A stretch of DNA of 64,000 nt from Amoebidium appalachense (GCA_963693365.1 CAVNZM010000016.1:3437957-3501956); one strand, 5' to 3'; counted from the stretch's first letter, positions 30,147 to 43,708 are shown. Program-made: numbers and translations. The notes: generated by a model not told the origin, from the sequence alone.

Positions 30147-30433
30147 ACATGTGTACACAAACACACACACATGTACACGCCCCACCCCCACGTACCCGTT
30201 TTAACACCTTTACACTTCCTCCCAAGTGGCTTGAATTCATCCTAGTCGAGCATTGCCCATGTATGCACATAGGACTATGTCGTTGCTGTCACAGTGACTT
30301 GCTGTGCCTTAAAATGTTTAAACTCAAATTAAAGTGTTTAAACTCAAATTTCACACCCTTTGGAGGTTTAAACTGTACAAAACCCCCGTGCCCGTGGTAT
30401 GGGATGATAGGAGCCGGTAGCTACTGAAGGAAG

Positions 30434-30464
<31 letters not shown>

Positions 30465-30467
30465 GGA

Positions 30468-30506
<39 letters not shown>

Positions 30507-30996
30507 CTCGAAGGTCTTCGCTACATACTTCGTGACGAATATTACTGACCCTAAGGTTGACTGTACGTACGGTAGTTCAAAACAAGTTGAAAAATGAATA
30601 ACTAGTACTAGTAAAAAAGGAACAGAAAACAGGTGGAGAGGGGGAAACATTCGATGGATATATCCCCCCCCCCCCCCCCCCCCCTCTCCCCCCTCTTCGC
30701 CCCCCAAACGAAAAAAAAAAGTTGGGAAATAGACCCTACCAACCAGTTAAAAACTTCCCCCCTCCCCCTCCCACCTCTCTCCCCCCCCCCCCCCCCCCCC
30801 CCCCCCCTTCCCCCCCCCCCCTTCCCCTTCCTTCACCAAAGGGGAAGAACACGAGCGTTATCTATGGTCCTCGAAATATTGAGATGCTAAATTAGACAGT
30901 CTTTCTTTTTTTGAAGTTTCAGTGAGTCAAAAAATGTTACAGTATCTGCAATCAAATACTACAGCCTTGATACAGTATCTGCGACTTCAACCCCCC

Positions 30997-31068
<72 letters not shown>

Positions 31069-31154
31069 ACATACACACACACGTACACACGTATAGTATT
31101 ACACGCACATTACACGCACGCACAAGCGTACCTGATCACGACGACACACAACTG

Positions 31155-31250
<96 letters not shown>

Positions 31251-31344
31251 CTATGCACACCACAACCACCACCAAGTACTGCCAGCAGTATCAGAATCAA
31301 CCCTAGGGTAACCATTTCCCCCCTCCCGCCCACAAACCCCTCCC

Positions 31345-31379
<35 letters not shown>

Positions 31380-31984
31380 ACCCACCCACCCACCCTCAAT
31401 CCCCCACACCACCACCACCACCTAAAAAAAAAAAAAAGAAGAAGAAGAAGAAGAAGAAGAAGAAGAAGAAGAAGAAGAAGAAGAAGAAGAAGAAGGAAAA
31501 AAAAAAAGCCAGAGAGAGTCCGGGGCCTTACTATTAGCTGAGCTTATGGCCACCACACCGACACACATGTGCAGACAACCAAGCAATAATGAACACCGGT
31601 ATCGCTGACCCACCTCCACCACGTGCACCCACCCACACAATCAATAACAACGTCAGCACGTCTGATAATAGTCATTACTGTCGGTGCTGTGTGGTAGACA
31701 GTATATTAGTTCCCTCGAGGGCCTGCAAAGGTCTTCGAGTCCGGGAACAAAACGTGATAATATGCTGAAAAATAATCATTATTATTATGTGCACGTGTCC
31801 ATGGTTTAACAGCCAAGCTCGGGAAAAAATTTCAATAAAGTTAATTTATTCATTTTTTTCAAGGTGGGCCGGAGAAGGGAGGAGATCTCTAGAGGGGTGG
31901 GAGATTTGAAACTTTGGGGGAGGAGGTACTCTGAGGGGGGGAGGAGGGAGAGGGGGGGATCCGAGGGGGAGGAGGGCTCTTGAA

Positions 31985-32024
<40 letters not shown>

Positions 32025-32648
32025 GAAGGGGGTGTACGGGGGGGGGGGGGGGGGAGGCGGGGAGCCGGGGGGGGGGGGGGGGGGGGGGGGGGGGAGGGGG
32101 GGGGGGGGGGGGGAGAGGGTAGTCGACCGTTCAATTTTGCATAATGCAAGCGTGCCATCAACGTCCTGAAACAAGGCGGAATATATTTATATTACTTACA
32201 TGAATTTGGTACCGGTTGACTTCAACTCCTGAGCCTTTGTCAGTTTGTGTACACTTTGGCGCAGGCCGTGATGGATCGCGAAAGCCTTCTGTTGACCAGT
32301 TACCCGGGGTTACTGTTGGGCGTCCGCGATTGGCCCGGTCCGCCGGACCAGGGTACCCAGGGCTCGGAAGGCGGCGGCCCACCTGCGGCCACGGGGCGTA
32401 CCACGCGTAGCGCACTCGCGCAGGGGGGTGGGGGGGGAGCCGGGGTAGACGGGGTTGGGGGCGGGGGGACACACCGGCAAAGCGCTCTGGGCGCCCGCGC
32501 GTGCCAATCCCCGCGTGCCCTGGTCACGCCCGGCTCGCACCGCCCCTTCCCCCTGCCCCCTGCCTGCCCTCCCCTCCCTCCCCCCACACCCAGGCCGGAG
32601 GAGGGTCGAGTTGCCGGCGCGGTTCCCCACAGACGGGCACGTTAGCTA

Positions 32649-32690
32649 CTGGGCCCCGGCAGTGTCCACGCAATAAAAAGTGTGTAAACC
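32649..32690 (+). mobile_element. Severely 5'-truncated (about 42 bp) copy of the non-LTR element
   Basis: CTGGGCCCCGGCAGTGTCCACGCAATAAAAAGTGTGTAAACC matches 43825-43867 with one substitution and one indel. It is flanked by the direct repeat CGTTAGCTA (32640-48 and 32691-99). Confidence 0.8.
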
Positions 32691-32939
32691 CGTTAGCTAT
32701 TCATGTTTTCCCCACATCTGGGCATGTTAGCGTTTTCCCCTTTTCATAGTTTTCGTTTTCGTAGTTTTCCTTTTCATTTTTTTCGTTTTCAAGTTTTCGT
32801 TCACAGTGCCGCATACACGCCCAAACCACACTCTCGTAGCACGCAAACTACACACACACACTACCACAACTACGACAAACAGCCACGCACGCACACGACC
32901 CACCACACTCACACCCACACAGCCACGCACGCACACAGA

Positions 32940-33279
32940 ATTACCACACAACTCACCCATCACACACACACACACACCCGACAACTCACCCATCACCCGA
33001 CAAACCCAACACACACACACACACACACCCGACAACTCACCCATCACCCGACAACTCCCCCCACAAAAATACACCCGACAACTCAACCATCACCCGACAA
33101 CTCCTACATCACATGACACCCCTTCACATGACAACTCATGAATTATGCACGACCTACCCGTCACACAAATGATGCACACACCCACTCACACACACACACC
33201 ACACACACACCCACACACACACACCACACACACACCCCCACACACACCCACCCACACCATCACCCGACAGATGCGCGTG

Positions 33280-33310
<31 letters not shown>

Positions 33311-33878
33311 ACATACACAGCCACACACACACCCATCACCCGACAAAGGCGCGCGCGCACACACACACACACACACACAGGCACATACAGGCCATGCACA
33401 CACACGCACACACCGTACAGGCCATGCACACACACACACACACAAAGCGCACACATACACACACACATGGCCAGGCCGCAACCATCAGCCGCAACCATCA
33501 GGCACACCCGTGCGCACACACACAATCAAGCCGCAACAGGCGCACCCGCGCGCACACACCGCAAACACACACACGCGCGCGCGCGCGCGCGCGCGCGCCG
33601 ACGCAACCATCAGGCGCACACGCTCGCACACACACACACACATGCCTACGCAACCAACAGCCACACACACACACACACACACTCGCGCGCGCGCGCCGAC
33701 GCAACCATCAGGCGCACACGCTCACACACACACATACACATGCCGACGCAACCAACAGCCACACACACACATACACACACACGCACACACACCACACACA
33801 CCACAAACACACACACACACACACACACACACATGGCCAGGCCGCAACCATCAGGCACACCCGCGCGCACACACACAC

Positions 33879-33939
<61 letters not shown>

Positions 33940-34045
33940 ACACGCGCACGCGCGCGCGCACGCGCGTGCCGACGCAACCATCCGGCGCACACGCACACAC
34001 ACACACATACACGCACACGCACACACACACACACACACACACATC

Positions 34046-34076
<31 letters not shown>

Positions 34077-34344
34077 TCTCTCTCTCTCTCTCTCTCCCCC
34101 CCCCCCCCCCTCTCTCTCCCCCTCTCCCTCTCTCTCTCTCTCTCCCCTCTACAACCACCGGCATCCATGCATATGCACCGTCTTAATACACGCACAAGCT
34201 CGCACACACACACACGTGCAGGCACCCACATTCAACCACAAACAGGCACCCACCCACAACCACAGGCACCCATGCATATGTACAGACAGGCAGCTACAGA
34301 CAGGCAGCCACACACAATCACAGGCATCCATGCATATGTACCGC

Positions 34345-34398
<54 letters not shown>

Positions 34399-34510
34399 GC
34401 GCGTGTGCATGCACACGCACACACATACACACACACACACACAGGCAGGCACCCATGCACATTCCGCCCCCCCCCCCCCCCCACACACACACACACACTC
34501 ACACACAAGC

Positions 34511-34561
<51 letters not shown>

Positions 34562-34674
34562 AGGCATCCACACGAAACCATAGGGAAGCACCCGCGCACA
34601 ACCACAGGCACCCGTGCATATGTACAGACAGGCAGAGCCACACACAATCACAGGCATCCATGCATATGTACCAC

Positions 34675-34734
<60 letters not shown>

Positions 34735-34760
34735 ACACACACACACACATACTCTCCTCC
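32940..34760. repeat. Compound mini/microsatellite: (CA)n spacers with recurring modules CCATCACCCGACAACTC, CGCAACCATCAGGCGCAC and CAGGCATCCATGCATATGTAC
   Basis: Three successive module families, each repeated several times. No credible coding content. Confidence 0.75.
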
Positions 34761-35121
34761 CTCCCCCCCCTCCCCCCGTCTCTCCCCCCTGTCCCCCGGG
34801 ACCACAAATCTGCCTACACCTCTACGCAACTACGATCTGCGAGACCACTCTGTGAGCGTTTATGTTTACTACTTGCATCAGCTTGAGTACAAATAAACAA
34901 GAACCAAGCAACGTGGTACATGCAAAGTTAACTTTGTGCAAAGTTATCCCCCTCCCCCCCCCCCCCCCCCCCCCCCCCCATCCCCCCCCCCCCCCGGGGG
35001 CCAACGTACATACCCACACCGACACCCACAGACGTGCACACACACCACACACACACACACATTGAATTCACTCCTCACTGCCACCCCCCACCCCCCTCTT
35101 CCCGTGCGGACCCCCCTCTCC

Positions 35122-35162
<41 letters not shown>

Positions 35163-36519
35163 ATCTTCACCGTTTTGCTCACCTTGCTTGCATAAGCAAC
35201 CCTGCTCGTTTTTGATCAAGACGGGTTGACCCGCCCAAGTTCAGTTGATGCTGCTGTCTGAGTTGGAGCGTCGTATATACGCGGGCTAAGGGGTCGAAAC
35301 TCAGACGCAATTGACGACTTGGGTCCTCCCTGAGGATGGGCTCTGCTTATGACGCATACTGTGCACATGGCTGATGTTGCATACCTGAATGTTTGCCTTT
35401 GCATGTGTCCTGCGCCATGCTTCTCGTCGTGTATGCGTACTTCGTACCGTGTTCCGCATTCAAACCCCCCCCCCTCCCCCCCCCCCCCTCCCCCCCCTCC
35501 AAAAAACAAAACAAAACAAAAAAAAAAACACTCGTGCAACGGGTGTCCAAATTTTCTAGGTCATCATCAGTCATGCATGCATCCCCCTATGCCACCTACA
35601 CGGCACATTTACTTACCCACTCTCCCAAACCCCCCTCCCCTAGACTGATAAACCCCCCTCCCCTCCCCTCCCTTCCCCTCCCAACCCTTTCCCCTACTAC
35701 AACCCTTGAGTCACCGGGCCCTGGCTACCCACCGGAATCAAATAAATCCAACCCTCTTACCCTTCCCCCCACCCCTCCTCCGGACCCTCCTCCCCCTCCT
35801 GCTGGCCCGCCCAAGGCCTTACCGCTATGCGCTTTTCGAACAACTGAACGTGAGCCTAGTAACAGGTACTAGTTATTAGTCGTGATAAGTAGAACACATC
35901 ACAATACAACATTTTCATTGATGTCTAAAAAGGTAAGTTGGCAATTTATGAATCGTCACTAGTAAATTGTCGTTAAACTTTAATTATTGAAATGACATGA
36001 ACAATATTCCTACGTTTTTTGTAGTCTGTGTATAAAAACGTACACTATAGTCGTAAAAAGGAACCGTTTGCAAGTATGTTGATTAAAATACCCGGTTAGA
36101 ACCGTTTGCAGTTTACCCAAATATAATGGATTTTTTCATGCAATTAATTTTTCCATGCACGTTACAACCGAGTAAGTTTATCCAAATATAACGGATTTTT
36201 TCATGCAATTAGTTTTTTCATGCATGTTTAACAAGTACAACCGTTTAAGTTTGCAATTGAATAAAATCACACAAACCTCATTTATAAATTACGTTTTGTC
36301 GCGATCGATAGAACACACCACAATTTATGATATCAGAGCTTGAATGATGTCAGTGAAAGGTTGTATTCACTTAAAAAAATTCACTAGTTGTATTCACTTA
36401 AATTTTTGAAATATCGAATTCCAGGCACACACAAAATTCAGTCACCGTGACAAAATTATATCACACACACGCATGCACACGCACACGCAACGTGCACACA
36501 ACGCACACACGCGCACAAA

Positions 36520-36554
<35 letters not shown>

Positions 36555-36699
36555 ATACACCCACACACTCACCCACCCACCCACCCACACACACACACAC
36601 CACCCACACACACACACAAACCATGTACGCACGTGTAAAAAACGCATGGCACACACACACACACACCGTGGCACACACAAACACACACACACACAAACA

Positions 36700-36760
<61 letters not shown>

Positions 36761-37201
36761 ACGGTGTTTTTACACATGCACTCACCGCGGCACACCAGCA
36801 TGCACGCACGCACACACACACACACATGCACATGCACACACACACACACACACACACATGCATGTCCCTACTGATAAAAACACGGTATGTGTAACTGTTA
36901 TCACTGCTTTAATCAAATCATTGTGTGTAGATGTGCACGTAACAATATATCCACAGATAAAAGTTCAGTATAGTGTCGGGGGGAAATGCTCACGGAAACC
37001 AGCTCCCATCTATCACGGAACCATGCTCCCAAATACAGATGCAGGCCAACCTCCACATGCACCTGGCATAGGTTGAGTAGATGCTCACATATCAAGGTTT
37101 CTACCCTAGAACAGCCGAGCCGTATCCGGAATGGAACATATATCTGACATGTCCTTAGAGGTGTTATATCACATTTGTTTCCCCACAACCTATCCAGCAT
37201 G

Positions 37202-37857
37202 TCAGGAATGGGCAGGATGAGTGCCACCGGCAGTTTCACTCGCGACTCTTGCACCCTGTTGGTGCTTGAGTCGGCTGCTGTAGGTGGACCACCCCATTTT
37301 GAGCGCCATTCTCTCCCCGTCCATCTCCTCAATCGCTGCCTCGATGCTGCTGTGCGTTTTGGCTGCCAGCTCGGTAATGCGCTGGATGGTGAGGGTCATG
37401 CGCTCCAGCCGCTTGCGGATGGACTCGTTGCAGGAGCGCCAAGATGTGCCGTATTTCTCCGTAAGCTGCATGAAACAAACGAATTAGATGTTTGCGTATG
37501 GGTAGCTGTGCTGGGGGGGGGGGGGGGGGGGGGGGGGGGGAGGGGGGGGAGGGGGGGGGAGGGGGGAGGGGGGAGGGGGGAGGAGGGGGGAGGGGGCTGG
37601 GGGCTTATTTGATCTCGTACAGAAAGCTTACGATGGGAATTTTTTGAGGGTACGGGGAAGGGGAGGGGGGAGGGGGGGAGGGGGGGGGAGGGGGGCGAGG
37701 GAAGGTGGGGAAAGAGCCCGCCTCCACCCCCACCCCCCATCCCCTTCCACTCTCCCTCGCTCTCTCTCCACCCTCTCCCCCCCCCCCCCTCCCCCTCTCT
37801 CTTCCTCGCGTGTGTGTGCGTATAGAGGGGGGGGAGAGGGGGTGGGGTGGGGATGCA

Positions 37858-37889
<32 letters not shown>

Positions 37890-38302
37890 TCACTCTCTCC
37901 CCCCGCTCTCTCTCTCTCTCTCTCCCCCCCCCCCCCCCCCCCCCTCTCTCACCCCCTCCTCCTCTCCCTCTCCCTCTTCATTCCCGCCCCCACCCCCACC
38001 CCCCTTCCCTCACCCACCCTCCGTCCCTCCATCCCCTCTATCTGTGCGTGGGAGTTCTCTCTCTCCCTCCCCCTCTTCCTTCCCCCACGCCCACCCTTAT
38101 CCCACCCCCATCCACCTTCCCCTCCCTCCCTCCCTCCCTCTCTTCCTTTCCTCTCACTGTGTATGAGTTTGTCTGTGGGTAAGTGGGTCTGTGTGTGGGG
38201 GGGGACGTGCGGGTGCGGGTGAAAGGATGACTAGCGAAAGTGGTGTGGTGTGGTGGTGTGTGTCTGTTTGCGTGGAATGGGGCCGGGAAAAAAAGGGATG
38301 AA

Positions 38303-38333
<31 letters not shown>

Positions 38334-39048
38334 GGAGAGAGAGCAACCGTGGTCAATTGTTGAGGCCCCTTGATGCACACCAGCAGCTTCGTGATGTTGA
38401 CCTGCCGCTGGAAGCGGGATGTGTTGCTGCGGTTCGTTTAGAGGGGTTGAACCAGGAGGCCTGGGCCAGAAGCAAACCTGTAGACGGCAGGATCAGGGCA
38501 AAGTGAGGATTGGATGTCGCACCATCAGCCCTTCAATACACCACCACACATGCGAGGAAATGAACCTCATCATCAATAGCCTAATGGACATCTATCCCCA
38601 ATCCACACCATTTGTGCAGGGCATCGTATCAATTCACAACTGCCCATCAAATAGATCCAAGAAGAGGGTCAGGGTTGGGAGACAAAGGGAAAGAACCTGA
38701 GTGGAGATAGATGACATAGCTGAGCAACCACCGTTTGGCAGGCTAGCAACATCGAGGGGAACATAGTTTCCCTCCACAAAAATCATGTTGTCCGGGAACT
38801 TGACTGACTGCGAGCCCGCAAGAAAGTTGCCTATGTGTAAGCGTGTGTGAGCGTGTGTTTGTGTTTGTGTGTGTGAGTGTTTGAGGGTGTGTCTGTGTTG
38901 GTGTGTGTGTAAGGAGGTGTTTGTGTGAGTGTGTGAGTGTGTGGCAGCGCTGGAAGTTGGGGGGAGGGGGGGAGGGAGGGGAAGGGGCGGGCGGGGGGGG
39001 GGGGGGGGGGAGAGGAGGGGGGGGAGGGAGGGGGGGGGGGGGGGGGGG

Positions 39049-39092
<44 letters not shown>

Positions 39093-39643
39093 GAGGAGGG
39101 GGGAGGGGCGGGGGGGAGGGAGGGGGGGGGGGGGGGGGGGGGGGCACATACCGAGGGTTGTCAGTTGGTTGCGCATGCCCTGCACCTGGGCCTGCAGGGC
39201 GGCCACCTGAGCGGTGTGTGTCCGTTCTGCTGCCGCACGAGCGAGGTCGGCCTCCAGTAACTGCTGCTCCATCTGACGACGCCGCTGTGTCTCCTTGAGA
39301 GCCCAGCCCAGCCACTCGTTTCGGTCGGACAGCGAAAGACGCGTGGTGTTGCGCAAACTGTGCATCTGGCCGCACACATCACGCAGGGCACCGGCAATCT
39401 CCACCGGCAGGGTTGTAGGGACAGAGGCCACCCCAGTCTCTGCAGCATGCACATGGGCGCGAACCACCTCTGCAAACCTCTGGAAATCCTCAGACCTGTG
39501 TGTTAATATGTTAATGAGCTGTTTCTGATGGTGGTGGTGGTGCAGTGGTCAAGCGATGGGGGAAGGGGGGGGGGGGGGGGGGGAGAACCGAGGAGGCCTT
39601 GTGGCAGAACAGGGGTGGTGGTGAAGAAAGGGCAAGCAGGGAT

Positions 39644-39715
<72 letters not shown>

Positions 39716-39758
39716 GGGGGGAGGAGGGGGGGGGAGGGGGGGAAGAACCGAGGAGGCC

Positions 39759-39810
<52 letters not shown>

Positions 39811-40165
39811 GGGGGAGGAGGAGGGGAGGGGGGGGGGGAGGGGGGGGGGGGGAGAACCGAGGAGGCCTTGTGGCTGAAGGACAGAAGTGGCAGTGATGGA
39901 TCACGAGCATTCTTCTGAGTGGCAGCATCCCAAAATTTAAGCATGCGGTCTCCCGTGACGATGGTCCTGGCAACGAACTCGGGGGAGCCAACTTGCACAC
40001 CACTCAAGCCGGAGATAGATTTGCAAGCCCACTCCTACACAAATGAGATTGATGAGAGATATGTCTTTGATTCTTATATTCCCCCCCCTCCTCCTCACCC
40101 CCGCCCCCCCCCCCTCCCCCCCCCCCCCCCCCGGGGGGCGCCCTCCAAAAAGAAGAGCACAAACC

Positions 40166-40211
<46 letters not shown>

Positions 40212-40220
40212 GGGGGGGGG

Positions 40221-40258
<38 letters not shown>

Positions 40259-40691
40259 GGGGGGGGGGGGGGGGAAGGGAGGGAGGGAGGGAGGGAGGGA
40301 GGGAGAGAAAGAGAGTAGAGGGGGGAGGGAGAGAGAGAACGAGAGGGGGGGGGGGGGGGAGCAGAGAGAGAGACAGAGAGAGGGAATGAGAGAAAGAGAG
40401 AAAGAGTGGAAGAACGAGAGGGGAGGGGGGGGGGAGAGAAAGAGAGAGAGTGAAAGAGGGGGAGGGGGGGGAGGGGGAGAGTCGGAGAGAGACAGACAAC
40501 GAGGGGTAGGGGAAGGGGGGGAGAGGGAGAGAGGGAGAGAGGGAGAGGAAGGGAGAGGGAGATAAGAGAGGGAGGGGAAGAGGGAGATAAAGAGAGGGAG
40601 GAAGGGAGGGGAAGAAAGAGAGAGACACAACGAAGAGGGGGGGGGGGGTGGAAGGAGAGAGAGCGATGTTAATAGATAACAAAGACAGGGA

Positions 40692-40726
<35 letters not shown>

Positions 40727-41971
40727 GAGAGAGAGAAAGAGAGTGTGTGTGAGCGGGTGATGGGGGTAAACCCCGGGAAAAGGGGGGGGGGGGGGGGGAG
40801 GGGGGAGGGGGGAGAGCACGTTGGTGATGCACACCTGATAATGATTCTGCCACGAACCATATGCTTTCACTGTCCCGCGCCCACGGCTTTCCAACCACTC
40901 CGCCTTCAGGGCGTCATTCAACCGTGCGTCGTCCCGTGCGTCGTCCTCCAGCCTGGGCTGCCCTACACGTTCCCCTAGCTCCTCACCCTCGTCCATGGTC
41001 CCACTAATGTCTGGCACCTGGGTCTCCTCCTGCCCTGAACCACGTTCGACCCCCTCCATCCTGACTCCCACACCATCCCCCGACCCGCCCAAAATCTCCG
41101 TCCACACCCCCGCATTCGAACGTGAACCCTTCCATCCTGTCTCCCACATCCTCCGCCAACCCATCCACCCCCCTACCCACACCATCCCTCTCATTTCCGT
41201 CGCCCCTACTGGCGTTCCCAACCCCTCCAACCCCGCCAACCCCTTCAACCCCTCCAACCCCTCCCAGCGGCCCTCCGTGATGGGGGTAAACCCCGGGAAA
41301 AGGGGGGGGGGGGGGGGGGGGGGGGGGGAGAGGGGGGGGGGGGGAGGGGGAGAGCACGTTGGTGATGCACACCTGATAATGATTCTGCCACGAACCATAT
41401 GCTTTCACTGTTCCGCGCCCACGGCTTTCCAACCACTCCGCCTTCAGGGCGTCATTCAACCGTGCGTCGTCCCGTGCGTCGTCCTCCAGCCTGGGCTGCC
41501 CTACACGCTCCCCTAGCTCCTCACCCTCGTCCATGGTCCCGCTAATGTCTGGCACCTGGGTCTCCTCCTGCCCTGAACCACGTTCGACCCCCTCCATCCT
41601 GACTCCCACACCATCCCCCGACCCGCCCAAAATCTCCGTCCACACCCCCGCATTCGAACGTGAACCCTTCCATCCTGTCTCCCGCATCCTCCGCCAACCC
41701 ATCCACCCCCCTACCCACACCATCCCTCTCATTTCTGTCGCCCCTACTGGCGTTCCCAACCCCTCCAACCCCGCCAACCCCTTCAACCCCTCCAACCCCT
41801 CCCAGCGGCCCTGCCCTCCGTCGGGGGCACCTGTGCTCCCCTCTCAGGGACAGGGGTAGGGGTTTGCTGGGCCCGGCGCTTTCTCTTACTGGGGGCGCTG
41901 TCGACACCACGCTCGTTTTGACCACGCTCAGTTGGTTCCTTTTTTCGCTTTTGTGAGTTGGGTTTGCCCAT
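37202..41971 (-). CDS. Crypton-derived gene (Ndc10/CryptonF N-terminal domain, coiled coil, GCR1_C domain) with no tyrosine-recombinase domain; possibly a pseudogene or non-autonomous element
   Basis: Exons on the minus strand: 41971-41831 ([21 protein letters not shown]-like), 41567-41373 (duplicated at 41029-40835), 40034-39858 or 39867, 39524-39152, 38830-38697, 38477-38348, one exon not found, 37465-37202. Motifs [32 protein letters not shown] (CryptonF N-term pattern RxxNTxxAYxxxQxxFxxWC..VTxxKLxxF), [17 protein letters not shown] (post-YR region) and [17 protein letters not shown]...IQRI (GCR1_C), all recognised from memory. Confidence 0.65.
40758..41815. repeat. Recent tandem duplication (about 538 bp period) containing a whole 195-nt exon
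   Basis: 40758-41275 and 41278-41813 are nearly identical apart from poly-G length and a few SNPs. Confidence 0.92.
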
Positions 41972-42067
41972 CGCTGTGTCTTATTGAGGCGACGCTGGTC
42001 GCTAGGAAACCCCCTGCTGAAGATGCAAAAAGATATATTCCGGAAAATGAGCGAAATCCCCGTTCGT

Positions 42068-42145
42068 CAATTTGGCGCCAAATTGCAGGCGCCGGCCTAT
42101 CAGAAGCTGATTCTGAGAAGGCCGCCTATTGGTCAAGTGACGTCA
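42068..42145 (-). promoter_or_regulatory. Putative promoter of the Crypton-derived gene: palindromic E2F-like site, CCAAT box and CRE
   Basis: Perfect 18-bp palindrome CAATTTGGCGCCAAATTG (42068-42085), ATTGG at about 42128 and TGACGTCA at 42138-42145, lying 100-170 bp upstream of the ATG at 41971. Confidence 0.5.
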
Positions 42146-42889
42146 CGCGCAGCTCCAGGGGGTCTCGAGAGACTCTCGCAACGGGCCGGGAGGCTCTACT
42201 ATGCTCTCTTTTCTGAAAAAGCTTAATGTGGGCGGCAGCTTAAGTAAGAATAGCTATAGTTTATTTTTTTCTTTTTTTCGGGACCCATTCCAGCCTAGCC
42301 AGCCTCCGCCAGGGGGTCACTCGGGATTCTGGTGGCAGGCCGGTGCCATGTTTTACCGCGCGCGCCTTCCCCCCATTGGCGGTCTAGGGGGCCCCGCGAG
42401 CCAGTCGACTCCGGATCCACGAGCCGGGGCCCAGGAGGGGTATCCGGGTGTCCCCCGTGACCCAGGAGCCGCGGGCGCGATTCGGGCTGCGGGATTGGTG
42501 AAGCCGACCCGCCCGGTCCACATTGCGGTCGCACCCTACTCTGACCCGTGAGCCCGTCAGCGGCTACCACCATAGTGAGTCGACCAGTATCCTCCGGCAT
42601 GGATGCGGCAAAAGCGGGCTTTCTATAGCGAATGATGATTTTCAACTTAGGTTGCTTCTGTCGGTTTTATTGCTCTCTTGTGGCTCACAACAATCTGGTC
42701 CCCGGGACCCCCACTACTACATCAATACATACGGTTACACATGCCTATGGTCGCAGATCAATCAACTTGTATGGACTATTGTAAGTCTGGGCTGTATACA
42801 CACGTATCACACTGGCTACGTGCCTACCCCCCCAGCAGGGGTCACAATTTGAGTGATCACTTCGATAGATCTCCCAATATGGCACTACT

Positions 42890-43708
42890 GATACTGTTAC
42901 TAATGTCCTCAAATCATTAGATGATTTCCATTACACAACTTGTTGTATGTTTCTCACTGGTCTTTCCACACCTATCCCTAGACGCCTTTTTGATTCTCTC
43001 TACGCACTCACACCACCATCACAACGCGTACACGAATTAGCCCTTAAATTTCACGAGCACATCACCCGCCTGTCCGCTTGTGCCCCGGACCACCCGCTCT
43101 TCCGGCTACACGCATCCCCGCCGGATTCGCCCCTGTACCTCTTCCCTTCCCCATCGTCTCTGCCCATTGCCGAGCGCTATGTGGAATGGCTGGCGACCCC
43201 CCCGGAGGTACGGCTAGATCATAGTGCGAATATGAATAGTTTCAAGTCTATGGCTGATAGATATCTTTTTACTCTACGTGTTGAGTCCCTTCCGGTGTTA
43301 GGACCGCACAAACACCAACTACTAGTAGCCTATATGGCGGATACGGTTAGAGAGTCTCGTTCATACATAGATTCGTTTATTCGTAATGTGGTGTGGTGTA
43401 AAAACGCAAAGATGATTATGGCTTGGCGGTGTAATCGGTTTCTGGTGTCTCCTGCTCGTATGTGTAATATGTGTGGGGGGCGGTTTACTCGCGGCTGCAT
43501 ATCTATCAATAAATGCAACCTGTTAGCTAATGTATTAGAACCGGAGGTTATTGGCGGTTTTATTCTCTTTTCTTCATCTCTTCCTCAATATATCCGTTTT
43601 AAGATGACTATCCTAGATCACCTTATTAATGCTGCACAGTATGATATTGTGATCCGGTGCCTTAACTTTCTGTCGGAGCTACCGATGCTAGCATCTGCTT
43701 ACCCATAA
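42890..43708 (+). pseudogene. C-terminal (post-RT, Cys-knuckle) part of a retroelement ORF, truncated at the insertion junction
   Basis: Reads DTVTNVLKSLDDFHYTTCCMFLTG..LYALTPPSQRVHELALKFHEHITRL..IMAWRCNRF..CNMCGGRFTRGCISINKC..LDHLIN. It resembles from memory the C-termini of non-LTR RT proteins of early-diverging fungi. No RT catalytic motif is retained. Confidence 0.65.

Noticed and set aside
28850-36900. Many HT/CV-rich ORFs (e.g. 33145-34896)
   Set aside because: These are translations of (CA)n/(GT)n microsatellites with no domain signal.
42285-42600. HDV-like ribozyme or 5' UTR of the retroelement
   Set aside because: The TSD places the element boundary at 42890, and the P1/P3/L3 pairings could not be completed by eye.
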